From Chiloscyllium plagiosum (taxonomy: Eukaryota), in the NCBI RefSeq assembly GCF_004010195.1, contig NC_057728.1, positions 49,875,308 to 49,939,307 on the forward strand: DNA of 64,000 nucleotides, in the 5' to 3' direction. The translations under genes and the position numbers were made by a program. The notes beneath the pieces were generated by a model, which was not told where the DNA came from, did not search any database, and was given only the letters and a program-made list of their open reading frames with translations. Below are positions 1-13,179 of this stretch, one piece after another. Within the stretch, counting starts at the first letter, position 1. Each line of letters begins with the position of its first letter.

Positions 1-899
1 TTTGAGGGGCCCTATTCTCTCCCTAGTTACCCTTTTGTCCTTAATATATTTGTAAAAACCCTTTGGATTCTCCTTAATTCTATTTGCCAAAGCTATCTCA
101 TGTCCCCTTTTTGCCCTCCTGATTTCCCTCTTAAGTATACAATGAAGCACTTTGGAAATTTAGTCACTTGTAGCAGTCAATTGGTGCACTGCAAGCTCCC
201 ATAAACAACAATGTGATAATGATCAAATAACCTGTTTTGATGATAGTGATTACAAATTGATCAGGACAGTAGGATAACTCCCCTGCTCCATGGCAAAAGA
301 GTGCTGTGGCATCTTTTACCTCAACATGTATGAGGGCAGGTGGAGCCTCAATTTAACATCTCATCCTAAAACAGCAGCTCTGACAGAATAGTGTCCTTCA
401 GTAATAAACTGGAGCCTCAACTCTGGCATTTGTGGAATCCCGCTGCCCCCACGATGAGATTGTTAGTGCTGGGACATTTCATCAGGAGAGATGGAGGCTG
501 GTGGGGACTTGCCCATTGTCCCCGACACTGCCCCAATTAGCTCTGAGGCGATGAGTACCCTCCTAAGGGCCTCATCTTACCTCCTACTGGTTTTCACCCA
601 GTGGCAGTGTGGGACTGGCCATCTGGGAAACCCGAAAAGTAAATCTGATCGGTGTTGCTTGTGGGTTACTGATGGAGGAGGTGGAGTGGGGAGGGGATGG
701 CCTCTCATTCACAGCCACTCAGTGGGAAGGGAGGTGGGGGCTTACGGAATGCCACCATTCTGCCCTTGTTGCTGAACCTCTCGCCCCACCGCCAGCCCAC
801 CCCAATCTGTTATTTCTCGCTTGTGGCCTGTGTATTTCAATGATCTGCGGTTCCTTCTGGGTAAGTTCAGCGACATCCTTTGCCTCCTCAGTGAGTCAA

Positions 900-1502
900 A
901 GAGTCATAGAGACGTACAGCACAGAATAAGGCCATTTGGTCCAACTCGTCCATGCTGACCAGATATCCTAAATTAATCTAGTCCCATTTTGCCAGCAATT
1001 TGGCCCATATCCCTCTAAACTCTGCCTATTCATATAACAATCCAGGTGCCTATTAAATGTTATAACTATGAGGAGAAAGTGAGGTCTGCAGATGCTGGAG
1101 ATCAGAGCTGGAAATGTGTTGCTGGAAAAGCGCAGCAGGTCAGGCAGCATCGAGGGAACAGGAGAATCGACGTTTCGGGCATAAGCCCTTCTTCAGGAAT
1201 CCTGAAGAAGGGCTTATGCCCGAAACGTCGATTCTCCTGTTCCCTGGATGCTGCCTGACCTGCTGCGCTTTTCCAGCAACACATTTCCAGCAATGTTATA
1301 ACTATACCAGGCTCCACCATTTCTTTGGCAGCTTGTTCCAAACTTGCACCACCACCCTCTGTGTGAAAACGTTGCCCCATAGGACCCTTTTAAATCTTTC
1401 CTCTCTCACCTTTCACCTATGCCCACTCTAGTTTTGGACTCCCGTACCCTGGGGAAAAGACTTCGCTATTCACCCTATCCCTGCCCCTCATGATTTTATA
1501 AA
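900..1502 (-). mobile_element. CR1-type LINE 3' fragment, interrupted by a palindromic Penelope-derived insertion
   Basis: Same 3' sequence as the copies at 31637-32090 and 37080-37510. It resumes after the TSD at 1292. Confidence 0.75.
1070..1291. mobile_element. Palindromic Penelope-derived mini-element, family A, with twin hammerhead cores
   Basis: Near-perfect inverted arms centred at about 1199. CTGAAGA-A-GGGC/GCCC-GAAA-CGTC occurs on both strands. TSD aatgttataactat at 1056-1069 and 1292-1305. Confidence 0.85.
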
Positions 1503-2489
1503 CTGGCTCACACCAGAGTGGATGTTATAAAAGCTAATGGTCTGAAAGGGTTAATGTTGGAGACTACATTAAGCTCCACCTAGTTTGACGATGCCATGTA
1601 ATCTTTGGTGGGAAAATCTGCAGATTAGATCTTGATCTCAAAGGGGACATCTAAGTCTGACAGTTGTCTCAGCAACAATGCCTAACCAACTCTTTAATTT
1701 TTACCTTTTTGTGTCTACTGTTCATGGAACATGGGTTTCAAAACTGATGGGTATGTTCTTTCTTGTTAGTGATGGTCATTGCCTGGCGATCATGTGGCAT
1801 GGTTTCCTTCTCTAAAGGTCAATGGTGAAGCAGATGGGTCTTTGAAACAATTGACATTGTTATCATTAAGTTCGATTTTAGTATGCGATTCCATTGAATT
1901 CAAATTTCACCATCTGCACGGTTGGATTCAAATCTACATCCCCTGTTCATTAATGTAAGGTGGTGATGACTAAATCAAAGACATTACCACTATACCATCA
2001 CCTCCCCCTTCAGTCTAAACAAAATGGAGTTTATTGCCAGCTGGAGTAAGCTGCAATTCCATTCAAATAAGCACCTCTTCTTGTTAAGACTCACTGTGGC
2101 TGCTCCTTTACCACTGTCAATGATCCACAGACACAACCCCAGAAACAGGAATAGTGGTAGCATTCTGCATCCCACAAGGTGCATCTGTCTTCTTGAGGAA
2201 ATGCCCATTGTTGTTCAGTTAAAGGCCTGAGTAGCTTTTGATTCGGACCAGACCTGGGACGTAGTGGGAGCTGAGAAACCTGTCACTGCTTTGTGGCAGG
2301 TGAGTGGTTTGCTGTGCACCACAAACAAAAAACTAGACCTTTCCGGGAAGGAGTGAGGAAATAGTCCGACATGAGAAAGCAGAAGAGGTTTGATAGTGTC
2401 TCCTGCAAGTGGCATTGACACTGAATCCACTTTTCCTAACCCACCTGCTTTTACATACCTCTGGAGCAGGTGGAGCTTGTTATTTTGTT

Positions 2490-2825
2490 CATTCATGTGA
2501 TGCAGGTGTCACTAGCTAGATCAGCATTTATTGCCTATCTGAAATTACCCAGAGGGCAGTTCAGAGTCAACCACATTGCTCTGGGTCTGGAGTCATGTGT
2601 AGGCCAGGCCCAATAAGGATTTCTTTCCCTAAAGAACATTAGTGAACCAGATGGGTATTTCCAATAGTCAACAATAGTTTCATTAGACACTTAATTCCAT
2701 ATTTTTATTGAATTCAAACTTCATTATCTGCCATGGTGGGACTCGAACCTGGATCCCCAGAGCATTACCTGGATCTCGGGGATTAATACTCTTGCAATAA
2801 TACCATTAGGCCAAGGCCTCCCCTA
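2490..2825 (-). mobile_element. tRNA-derived Deu-domain-like SINE
   Basis: Recurring ccctaaaggacattagtgaaccagatggg core and a B-box-like gttcgagtccc on the minus strand. Related copies lie at about 1790-2010, 12925-13160, 13180-13525 and 56680-56985. Confidence 0.65.
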
Positions 2826-3415
2826 ACTTGAACTTTGGCCTCCTGATTCAGAGTAGGGATGCTGCAACTGCACCACAAGAGCCATCAAGTGTCAGTGGTT
2901 AAGTCAACGTGAGCAGGGTTCACATAACAATGGCTATTGGATGAAATTGGGAGCAGATAAACACATGGAGTCAGTTCAACCGCAGGATAACTCCTCTTCG
3001 CCTGAACAGTGTAATACAGTTTTAGGGATGAAATGAACTCTCCTCTCCATCAGCATTCCCACCTGGAGTTGTCCCAGTCCAATCAGCAGAGAACAAGGCT
3101 CTCCGTTCACTTAATCGGCTTGTCACATGCTGTTATGATGCAGAAGGAGTGAGAATCTCAGGATGAAACTTAAGCAAAACACGTTGTACCAATTTCAGGC
3201 TGCACCTGCCTCTTCCTGAAAATAAAATGTGGCAAACATGGCTCCCAATTTGTAATCTTAACCATAGAGGGAACTGAACACTTCACTGTTGTCTAGACAA
3301 CTGGAAGAGACAGAATCTACTGCAGTCTGAGCATGTTTTAAGACAGAGTGACTATTACCTTGGCTTTAGACAATGTCACTATCATGTTGCATTAGGAATT
3401 TACCTTACATCAATA

Positions 3416-5240
3416 GACAATAGGTGCAGGAGTAGGCCATTCTGCCCTTCGAGCCAGCACCACCATTCATTATGATCATGGCTGATCATCCTCAATCAGT
3501 ATCCTGTTCCTGCCTTTTCCCCATAACCCTTGATTCCACTATTCTTAAGAGCTCTATCCATCTCTTTCTTGAAAGTATCCAGAGACTTGGCCTCCTGGGG
3601 CAGAGCATTCCATACACCGACCACTCTCTGGGTGAAGAGGTTTCTCCTCAACTCTGTTCTAAGTGGCCTACCCCTTACTTTTAAACTGTGTCCTCTGGTT
3701 CAGGACTCACTCATCAGTGAAACATGCTTCCTGCCTCCAGAGTGTCCAATCCTTTAATAATCTTATACGCCTCAATCAGATCCCCTCTCAGCCTTCTAAA
3801 CTCAAGCTTATAGAAGCCCAATCGCTCCAATCTTTCAGCGTAAGATAGTCCCGCCATTTCGGGAATTGATCTTGTGAACCTATGCTGCACTCCCTCAATA
3901 GCCAGAATGTCTTTCCTCAAATTTGGAGACCAAAACTGTGCACAATATTCCAGGTGCGGTCTCACCAGGGCCCTGTACAGCTGCAGAAGGACCTCTTTGC
4001 TTCTATACTCAATTCCTCTTGTTATGAAGGCCAGCTTGCTATTAGCTTTCTTCACTGCCTGATGTACCTGCATGCTTGCTTTCATTGACTGATGTACAAG
4101 AACACCTAGATCTCGTTGTGTTGCCCCTTTACCTAACCTGACTCCATTTAGGTAGTAATCTGCCTTCCTGTTCTTGCCACCAAAGTGGATAACCACAATT
4201 TATCTGCCATGCATGTGTCCAGTCACCTAGCCTGTCCAGGTCACCCTGTATTCTCCTAACATCCTCTTCATATTTCACCCTGCCACCCAGCTTTGTGTCA
4301 TCAGCAAATTTGCTAATATTACTTTTAATACCTTCATCTATATCATTAATGTACATTGTAAAAAGCTGCAGTCCCAGCACCGATCCCTGCGACACACCAC
4401 TGGTCACCGCCTGCCATTCTGAAAGGGAGCCGTTTATCACTATTTGTTTCCTGTCGACCAACCAATTTTTAATCCATGTCAGTATTTTGCCCCTAATACC
4501 ATGTGCCCTAATTTTGTTCACTAACCTCCTATGTGGGACTTTATCAAAGGTTTTCTGAAAGTCCAGGTATACTACATCCACTGGATATCCCTTGTCCATC
4601 TTCAGAGTTACATCCTCAAAATATTTCAGAAGATTAATCAAGCATGATTTCCCCTTCATAAATCCATGCTGACTCTGACCTATCCTGTTACTGCTATCCA
4701 GATGTGTCGTAATTTCGTCCTTTATAATTGACTCCAGCATTTTTCCCACCACTGAGGTCAGACTAACTGATCTATAATTCTCTGTTTTCTCTCTCCCTCC
4801 TTTCTTACAAAGTGGGACAACATTAGCCATCCTCCAATGCGCAGGAACTGATCCTGAATCTATAGAACATTGGAAAATAATCACCAACGCATCCACGATT
4901 TCTAGAGCCACCTCCTTCAGTACCCTGGGATGCAGACCATCAGGTTCCGGGGACTTATCAGCCCTCAGACCTAACAGTCTCTCCAACACCATTCCCTGCC
5001 GAATATAAATTCCCTTCAGTTCAGGTCCTTCAGCCACTATTACATCTGGGAGATTGCCCAGTGACAGATCTAAAGTACCAATTCAACTCTTCTGCTATTT
5101 CTTTGTTCCCCGTAATAAATTCACCTGTTTCTGTCTTCAAGGGCCCAATTTTAGTCTTAGCCATTTATTTTCTTTTCACATACCGAAAAAAGCCTTTACT
5201 ATTCTCCTTTATATTTTTGGCCAGTTTACCTTCGTATCTT
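3416..5240 (-). mobile_element. CR1 LINE ORF2 (reverse transcriptase) fragment with 3' UTR
   Basis: ORFs 4129-5037 and 3714-4196 contain YLDFQKTFDKVPH, GVSQGSVLG, KFADDTKLGG and LVRPHLEYC, with a frameshift between them. Confidence 0.93.
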
Positions 5241-5244
5241 ACGT

Positions 5245-5971
5245 TTTCTGCTGTTTTGGAAAATGTAGGGGGTGATGCATTCTCGGGGGAATGTAGCACA
5301 AACAGCCAAGTTTCTGGTATTGAGACTGGCTCGAATGCAACGAGGGTCCGTCAGCTTCCAAGAGATCAATTGTGTAGGGGATTCTGTAGTCAGAGGTACA
5401 GACAGATGTTTCTGTGGCCAGCAGAGAAAAAGCAGAATGCTGTGTTGTTTCCCTGGTGCCAGGATCAAGGATGTCTCAGAGAGAGTGCAGACTGTTCTCA
5501 CAGGGGAGAGGGGCCAGCAGGAGGTTATTGTCCACATTGGAACCAACGACATTGGAAGGGAAAAGGTTGAGATTCTGAAGGGAGATTACAGATTGTTAGG
5601 CAGAAATTTTAAAAGGAGTCCTCAAGGGTAGTAATATCTGGATTACTCCCAGTGCTACGAGCTAGTGAGGGCAGGAATAGGAGGATAGAGCAGATGAATG
5701 CATGGCTGAGGAGCTGGTGTATGGGAGAAGGATTCACATTTTTGGATCATTGGAACCTCTTCTGGGGTAGAAGTGACCTGTACAAGAAGGACGGATTGCA
5801 ACTAAATTGGAAGGGGACTATCATACTGGCAGGGACATTTGCTAGAACTGCTTGGGAGGATTTAAGCTAGTAAGGTGGGGGGGTGGGACCCAGGGAGATA
5901 GTGAGGAAAGAGATCGATCTGAGACAGGTACAGTTGAGAACAGAAGCAAGTCAAACAGTCAGGGCAGGCAG
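5245..5971 (+). mobile_element. CR1 LINE ORF1 (SGNH esterase-like) fragment, frameshifted
   Basis: Motifs VGDS, CFPGARIKDV, VHIGTND and DGLQLN appear across ORFs 5272-5631 and 5652-5870. Confidence 0.85.
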
Positions 5972-8900
5972 GTTTATCTGTGTGTATGTATGTGTATGTG
6001 TGTGTGTGTTTATCTGTGTGTATGTATGTGTATGTGTGTGTGTGTTTATCTGTGTGTATGTATGTGTATGTGTGTGTGTGTTTATCTGTGTGTATGTATG
6101 TGTATGTGTGTGTGTGTTTATCTGTGTGTATGTATGTGTATGTGTGTGTGTGTTTATCTGTGTGTATGTATGTGTATGTGTGTGTGTGTTTATCTGTGTG
6201 TATGTATGTGTATGTGTGTGTGTGTTTATCTGTGTGTATGTATGTGTATGTGTGTGTGTGTTTATCTGTGTGTATGTATGTGTATGTGTGTGTGTGTTTA
6301 TCTGTGTGTATGTATGTGTATGTGTGTGTGTGTTTATCTGTGTGTATGTATGTGTATGTGTGTGTGTGTTTATCTGTGTGTATGTATGTGTATGTGTGTG
6401 TGTGTTTATCTGTGTGTATGTATGTGTATGTGTGTGTGTGTTTATCTGTGTGTATGTATGTGTATGTGTGTGTGTGTTTATCTGTGTGTATGTATGTGTA
6501 TGTGTGTGTGTGTTTATCTGTGTGTATGTATGTGTATGTGTGTGTGTGTTTATCTGTGTGTATGTATGTGTATGTGTGTGTGTGTTTATCTGTGTGTATG
6601 TATGTGTATGTGTGTGTGTGTTTATCTGTGTGTATGTATGTGTATGTGTGTGTGTGTTTATCTGTGTGTATGTATGTGTATGTGTGTGTGTGTTTATCTG
6701 TGTGTATGTATGTGTATGTGTGTGTGTGTTTATCTGTGTGTATGTATGTGTATGTGTGTGTGTGTTTATCTGTGTGTATGTATGTGTATGTGTGTGTGTG
6801 TTTATCTGTGTGTATGTATGTGTATGTGTGTGTGTGTTTATCTGTGTGTATGTATGTGTATGTGTGTGTGTGTTTATCTGTGTGTATGTATGTGTATGTG
6901 TGTGTGTGTTTATCTGTGTGTATGTATGTGTATGTGTGTGTGTGTTTATCTGTGTGTATGTATGTGTATGTGTGTGTGTGTTTATCTGTGTGTATGTATG
7001 TGTATGTGTGTGTGTGTTTATCTGTGTGTATGTATGTGTATGTGTGTGTGTGTTTATCTGTGTGTATGTATGTGTATGTGTGTGTGTGTTTATCTGTGTG
7101 TATGTATGTGTATGTGTGTGTGTGTTTATCTGTGTGTATGTATGTGTATGTGTGTGTGTGTTTATCTGTGTGTATGTATGTGTATGTGTGTGTGTGTTTA
7201 TCTGTGTGTATGTATGTGTATGTGTGTGTGTGTTTATCTGTGTGTATGTATGTGTATGTGTGTGTGTGTTTATCTGTGTGTATGTATGTGTATGTGTGTG
7301 TGTGTTTATCTGTGTGTATGTATGTGTATGTGTGTGTGTGTTTATCTGTGTGTATGTATGTGTATGTGTGTGTGTGTTTATCTGTGTGTATGTATGTGTA
7401 TGTGTGTGTGTGTTTATCTGTGTGTATGTATGTGTATGTGTGTGTGTGTTTATCTGTGTGTATGTATGTGTATGTGTGTGTGTGTTTATCTGTGTGTATG
7501 TATGTGTATGTGTGTGTGTGTTTATCTGTGTGTATGTATGTGTATGTGTGTGTGTGTTTATCTGTGTGTATGTATGTGTATGTGTGTGTGTGTTTATCTG
7601 TGTGTATGTATGTGTATGTGTGTGTGTGTTTATCTGTGTGTATGTATGTGTATGTGTGTGTGTGTTTATCTGTGTGTATGTATGTGTATGTGTGTGTGTG
7701 TTTATCTGTGTGTATGTATGTGTATGTGTGTGTGTGTTTATCTGTGTGTATGTATGTGTATGTGTGTGTGTGTTTATCTGTGTGTATGTATGTGTATGTG
7801 TGTGTGTGTTTATCTGTGTGTATGTATGTGTATGTGTGTGTGTGTTTATCTGTGTGTATGTATGTGTATGTGTGTGTGTGTTTATCTGTGTGTATGTATG
7901 TGTATGTGTGTGTGTGTTTATCTGTGTGTATGTATGTGTATGTGTGTGTGTGTTTATCTGTGTGTATGTATGTGTATGTGTGTGTGTGTTTATCTGTGTG
8001 TATGTATGTGTATGTGTGTGTGTGTTTATCTGTGTGTATGTATGTGTATGTGTGTGTGTGTTTATCTGTGTGTATGTATGTGTATGTGTGTGTGTGTTTA
8101 TCTGTGTGTATGTATGTGTATGTGTGTGTGTGTTTATCTGTGTGTATGTATGTGTATGTGTGTGTGTGTTTATCTGTGTGTATGTATGTGTATGTGTGTG
8201 TGTGTTTATCTGTGTGTATGTATGTGTATGTGTGTGTGTGTTTATCTGTGTGTATGTATGTGTATGTGTGTGTGTGTTTATCTGTGTGTATGTATGTGTA
8301 TGTGTGTGTGTGTTTATCTGTGTGTATGTATGTGTATGTGTGTGTGTGTTTATCTGTGTGTATGTATGTGTATGTGTGTGTGTGTTTATCTGTGTGTATG
8401 TATGTGTATGTGTGTGTGTGTTTATCTGTGTGTATGTATGTGTATGTGTGTGTGTGTTTATCTGTGTGTATGTATGTGTATGTGTGTGTGTGTTTATCTG
8501 TGTGTATGTATGTGTATGTGTGTGTGTGTTTATCTGTGTGTATGTATGTGTATGTGTGTGTGTGTTTATCTGTGTGTATGTATGTGTATGTGTGTGTGTG
8601 TTTATCTGTGTGTATGTATGTGTATGTGTGTGTGTGTTTATCTGTGTGTATGTATGTGTATGTGTGTGTGTGTTTATCTGTGTGTATGTATGTGTATGTG
8701 TGTGTGTGTTTATCTGTGTGTATGTATGTGTATGTGTGTGTGTGTTTATCTGTGTGTATGTATGTGTATGTGTGTGTGTGTTTATCTGTGTGTATGTATG
8801 TGTATGTGTGTGTGTGTTTATCTGTGTGTATGTATGTGTATGTGTGTGTGTGTTTATCTGTGTGTATGTATGTGTATGTGTGTGTGTGTTTATCTGTGTG

Positions 8901-9400
8901 TATGTATGTGTATGTGTGTGTGTGTTTATCTGTGTGTATGTATGTGTATGTGTGTGTGTGTTTATCTGTGTGTATGTATGTGTATGTGTGTGTGTGTTTA
9001 TCTGTGTGTATGTATGTGTATGTGTGTGTGTGTTTATCTGTGTGTATGTATGTGTATGTGTGTGTGTGTTTATCTGTGTGTATGTATGTGTATGTGTGTG
9101 TGTGTTTATCTGTGTGTATGTATGTGTATGTGTGTGTGTGTTTATCTGTGTGTATGTATGTGTATGTGTGTGTGTGTTTATCTGTGTGTATGTATGTGTA
9201 TGTGTGTGTGTGTTTATCTGTGTGTATGTATGTGTATGTGTGTGTGTGTTTATCTGTGTGTATGTATGTGTATGTGTGTGTGTGTTTATCTGTGTGTATG
9301 TATGTGTATGGGTGTGTGTGTGTTTATGTGTGTGTATGTGTGTGTGTGTATATATGTGTATGGGTGTGTATGTGTGTGTGTGTGTGTGTTTGTGTGTGTA
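5972..9400. repeat. 36-bp perfect tandem array (gtttatctgtgtgtatgtatgtgtatgtgtgtgtgt) x about 92, decaying into (GT)n
   Basis: Directly visible. Units look identical up to about 9310. Confidence 0.98.
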
Positions 9401-9914
9401 GTTCCTCTGTGTGTCTTGATTCCTGTTTCACCATCAGTGGATTTAAAGTAGCTGTCTCTAGTTTAAAAGCATTAAAATACAAACCCGAGCCACAGAAGGA
9501 AGAAACAGGCCAGAGATCCGAAGGGTCACTCAGCAAATAATTGCAAGAGTGAAATAAGAAGATCCGAAGTATAATAAGTCAGAACGACTTGGATCTGTTG
9601 TGGGCTCCAGACAAGCATAAATCATGGTGGGACAAACAGATCCAAAGTATGGAGGAAAAGACAATCCTCTGGTAGTATGTGCACGTCATTTTAAAACTTG
9701 TTAATTCAGACAAGAAAGCTTCAAAGTCAGTGGAAGGAAAGATAACATTGCAATTACAACTCAAGTATTTGAGGATGCCAAGGCCAACTCATTCCTCAGG
9801 GAGACTGGGGAGATGAAGGGAGGGGACTGACAGGAAGCAGAGATTTTGAGATACATGGTATTGGAAGAGAATTCTTGGAGTGAAGGGTAGTTGGGCAGGG
9901 TACAGATACTGGAG

Positions 9915-10120
9915 TCGAGAGTGTGTGCTGGAAAAGCACAGCAGGTCAGGCAGCATCCCAGGAACAGGAGAATCAACATTTCAGGCATAAGCCCTTCATC
10001 AGGAATTATGCCCAAAATGTTGATTCTCCTGCTCGTCGGATGCTGCCTGACCTGCTGTGCTTTTCCAGCACCACACTCTCAACTCTGATCTCCAGCATCT
10101 GCAGTCCTCACTTTCTCCTA
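9915..10120. mobile_element. Palindromic Penelope-derived mini-element, family A
   Basis: Inverted arms. TSD acagatactggag at 9902-9914 and 10121-10133. Confidence 0.85.
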
Positions 10121-13100
10121 ACAGATACTGGAGCTGAGCGGTGAGAGGGCTGGACAGTAAATGCTGCTCAACCTATGATGTCCTCATCCCATGAAATAGT
10201 TTAGTGCATGCGCAATAAAGTAATTCATTGAAAAACACAGTTTTAAATTGCATGAATGCACAGTAATATGTCTTCATAAAGTGATTAGAATGCAGCCATT
10301 TCAGAGATTTTGCGATGACAAGAGTCAACGTGCCCAGAAATTCATTGAACATTTATAGCCCTGCAGTGTCATGGGAGTCACCAAACACTCCTCTCCCTTT
10401 AAGTTTTAGAAAAGCAAACCAGGTATCTCCACAAGCCTAGAAACTCAAGTCCATAAAAACTATGAGGCACGAGAAAGCCACAGCAGAGGTTCAAGACAGT
10501 ATTAAATGATTATTTGAATAGAAATAATGTTCAGGGTTACAGGGAAAATTGCAGCGGAATTGCACACAGTCATAAAGCTCATTCTGAGAGCCCAGGCAGA
10601 TACACCAGGCTGAATGACAACATTCTGTGCTGTGATAATGTCATGATGCTCTCCCATTCTTACTGACTGCCATTAGTAAGCGTGAGAAGGATTAGACATG
10701 GGTACCAAGTCTATTAATGAACAGATCTCCTCATGTACACCAAGTCCTGGAGTGGGACTTGAACCTTGGAACTCCTGCCTTGGACTGTGGGACACTGCCT
10801 ACTGGACACAAGACTGCTTGTGAAAAAATAAAGTCAGAGTCCCCAAAGAAACCTCTGCTCTACAACAGACCAAAAGGTTTTCTTCAACATTGACCCAGAT
10901 TTTCCAATGGCCAAATGGCCATTGTTTGAACATAAATGGGAGTTGTATATGGGAACCCCGTGGATTCTCCACTGTAGCATACTCCAAACGAATTGCCCAG
11001 GGAATTGAGTAAATGTCCCTCTCTCTGAGTCAGAAGACCCCAGTTCAAGCCCCATCTGTTACACGTCTGAATAGGTAGATTTTTAAAAAAATGAAATATT
11101 TAACTGGACAATTCCTCTTTACCTAGAACATTCTGACGGTCTCCATTTAAATTGGAAATTACGATGGAATTAAGTAATATAGTTATTCAGGAAAGGTTTG
11201 ACTGGCAAAGACATTGTCTAATTCTTCAATGACTATGAAACTGACCCTATACTGACCTCACACATCCCCAGATGCATCTCCCTCAGACCCGTGACACCCG
11301 ATGGAACCCGACATCCCTTCCTCTCTCCAGCTGGTAGACATACTCAGCTAGTAATCTACTTACTCAGGCACCCTGTCCTCCTAGCCATCCGGTAACCTAC
11401 CCTAGTATCACACTTACCTTGTAGACATACTATTTGACAGCAGCTGCCAGAGTGGCTGTGAGGATCGTTAGACATTGCTGTAAAAAGCGGGTAAGATTAC
11501 CTTCTTCTAGTGGTTCTGTGATATGACAGAACTATCAGAATGGAATTACAGCTCTGCATTGAGCGGAAACTCCTCTCTAAAATGTGGAGCCCCTTCCTTT
11601 CATGTAAGAAAGCAGGGCCAGAGAGGCAATCAGTGTGAGTTAGCCATTATTCCAGGTCCCTGGAATTCTTAGACAGGAGATTGAATCTGCAGAATAATCA
11701 CTTAACAACTTCTTGCATTTTCAACCTCACAATATACTTTCTCCTAGTACATATGCTAAAATGCTCACTCTTTTAAAACCCAGTCTAGTCTCTTGATGGT
11801 AGTGATCACTGTCCCCTGGTAAATCTGAATGAAGTTTACTACTTGCTTGGTTCTTGTTGCATTATCACTGACCTAATCCCATAAGCTCACTTCAACATTT
11901 GAACAAATGCAAGCTTTCCTCATTTAATGTTCAAAAATAACATGGAGCGTGGTTCCTTTTCTGTCAATTTGCTCAGAACTTGCTTGTCTCAGCAATGTGA
12001 GGTTCCAAGGTCAAGCAGGAAACAACTCCATTGTTCACAGCCAGCCTCAACGTTCAAAGCCATTGGGTTGCCCTCAACCAGAGGTGATGATATTGTTCAT
12101 CCTTAAATGGGAACATAAACTAGCTGCATCATAGGGAGATGCCATTCAGCCTGTCATGCCCATGGCAGCTCTGGGTGACAGCACCTCAGCTAGTCCCACT
12201 CTCCCTCTTTTACCCAGAGCACTACAGTTTTCCTATCTTTTTTGCCACTTATCTGAAGTCAGTCCTGAGTTTCAACCCTTCCACTGTTGGGAACAGTTTT
12301 CTCCTATTTACTCCTTCCAGACCCTTCACTATATTGAAAACCCTATCAACTCCCTCTTAATCCTGTTTTCTCCAAGGAGATCATGTCTAACATCTCTCTA
12401 CAGCCTATTTGCATAAGATGTTGGAGCAGTATTATGCCATGTCGTGCATCATGTCCAGAGTACCAATCAATGAGCTCACAGCTGATCTTATACTAATCAA
12501 CTCCACTTTCCTGCCCCTTCCTCACAGCCCTTGATGCCCTCTGTCTGTCTTAACCTTGAATATACTTAATGACCTTAAAGGTGTCTACAGCCTTCTGTGG
12601 AAAAGGATTCCACAGATGTATTACACTCTGAGAGAAGACATTCCTCCATAGCTCTGCCCTAACTGGCTGAACCCATAGTCTGAGATCCACAAAGGAAAAT
12701 AAACTCTTTTTATCCCCCCGTCAAGCACTGATAGGTTTAAATAATATCACTTTTTCTTCTTCCAAACTCCATCCTTCCGATAGGAGGGAGACCAGAATGA
12801 ATGCAATATTCCAAAAGTGGCCTAACCAATGTCCTGTACAGCAGCAAGATGATCTCCCAAATCCTGTACTCAATGCACTGACCAATAAAGGCAAGCATAC
12901 TAAGTGTCTTTTTCAGTATCCAGTCAACATATTGTTGTTGTGGATCCAGAGTCACATATAGACCAGACAAGGTAAAGATGGTAGATTTTGTTCCCTAAAG
13001 GACATTAGTGAATCAAATGCTTTTTATGACAATCAGCAGTGGTTATATGCCATTATATGGCTTGCGTTTAAGTCCAGGCTTTTTTAAAAATTGAATTCAA

Positions 13101-13179
13101 TCTCCACCATCTGCTAAGGTAGAGTTCAAACCCAGCACCTAGAAAATTAGACTGGAGGTCTGGTCTACTGATTTTGTTT

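Noticed and set aside
1070..1291. Palindromes as pre-miRNA genes or DNA-transposon MITEs
   Set aside because: The arms match Penelope 3' ends in this window, the termini are asymmetric, and TSD length varies from 12 to 16 bp. This fits retrotransposition rather than a DDE transposase.
1046..1431. Recurring peptide MCCWKSAAGQAAS... on both strands as a small protein family
   Set aside because: It is a by-product of the palindromic repeat. Frames are not preserved between copies.
5972..9310. 36-bp repeat as a CRISPR array
   Set aside because: There are no spacers and no cas genes, the unit is low complexity, and the context is eukaryotic.
5852..9540. Three ~1200-aa Cys/Val-rich ORFs
   Set aside because: They are translations of the 36-bp tandem array, which is open in all three frames simply because the unit has no stop codon.
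9624..9704. Short ORF ending VCARHFKTC as a THAP domain
   Set aside because: Only a 6-residue resemblance. The upstream Cys/Pro/Trp motif and splice support are missing.
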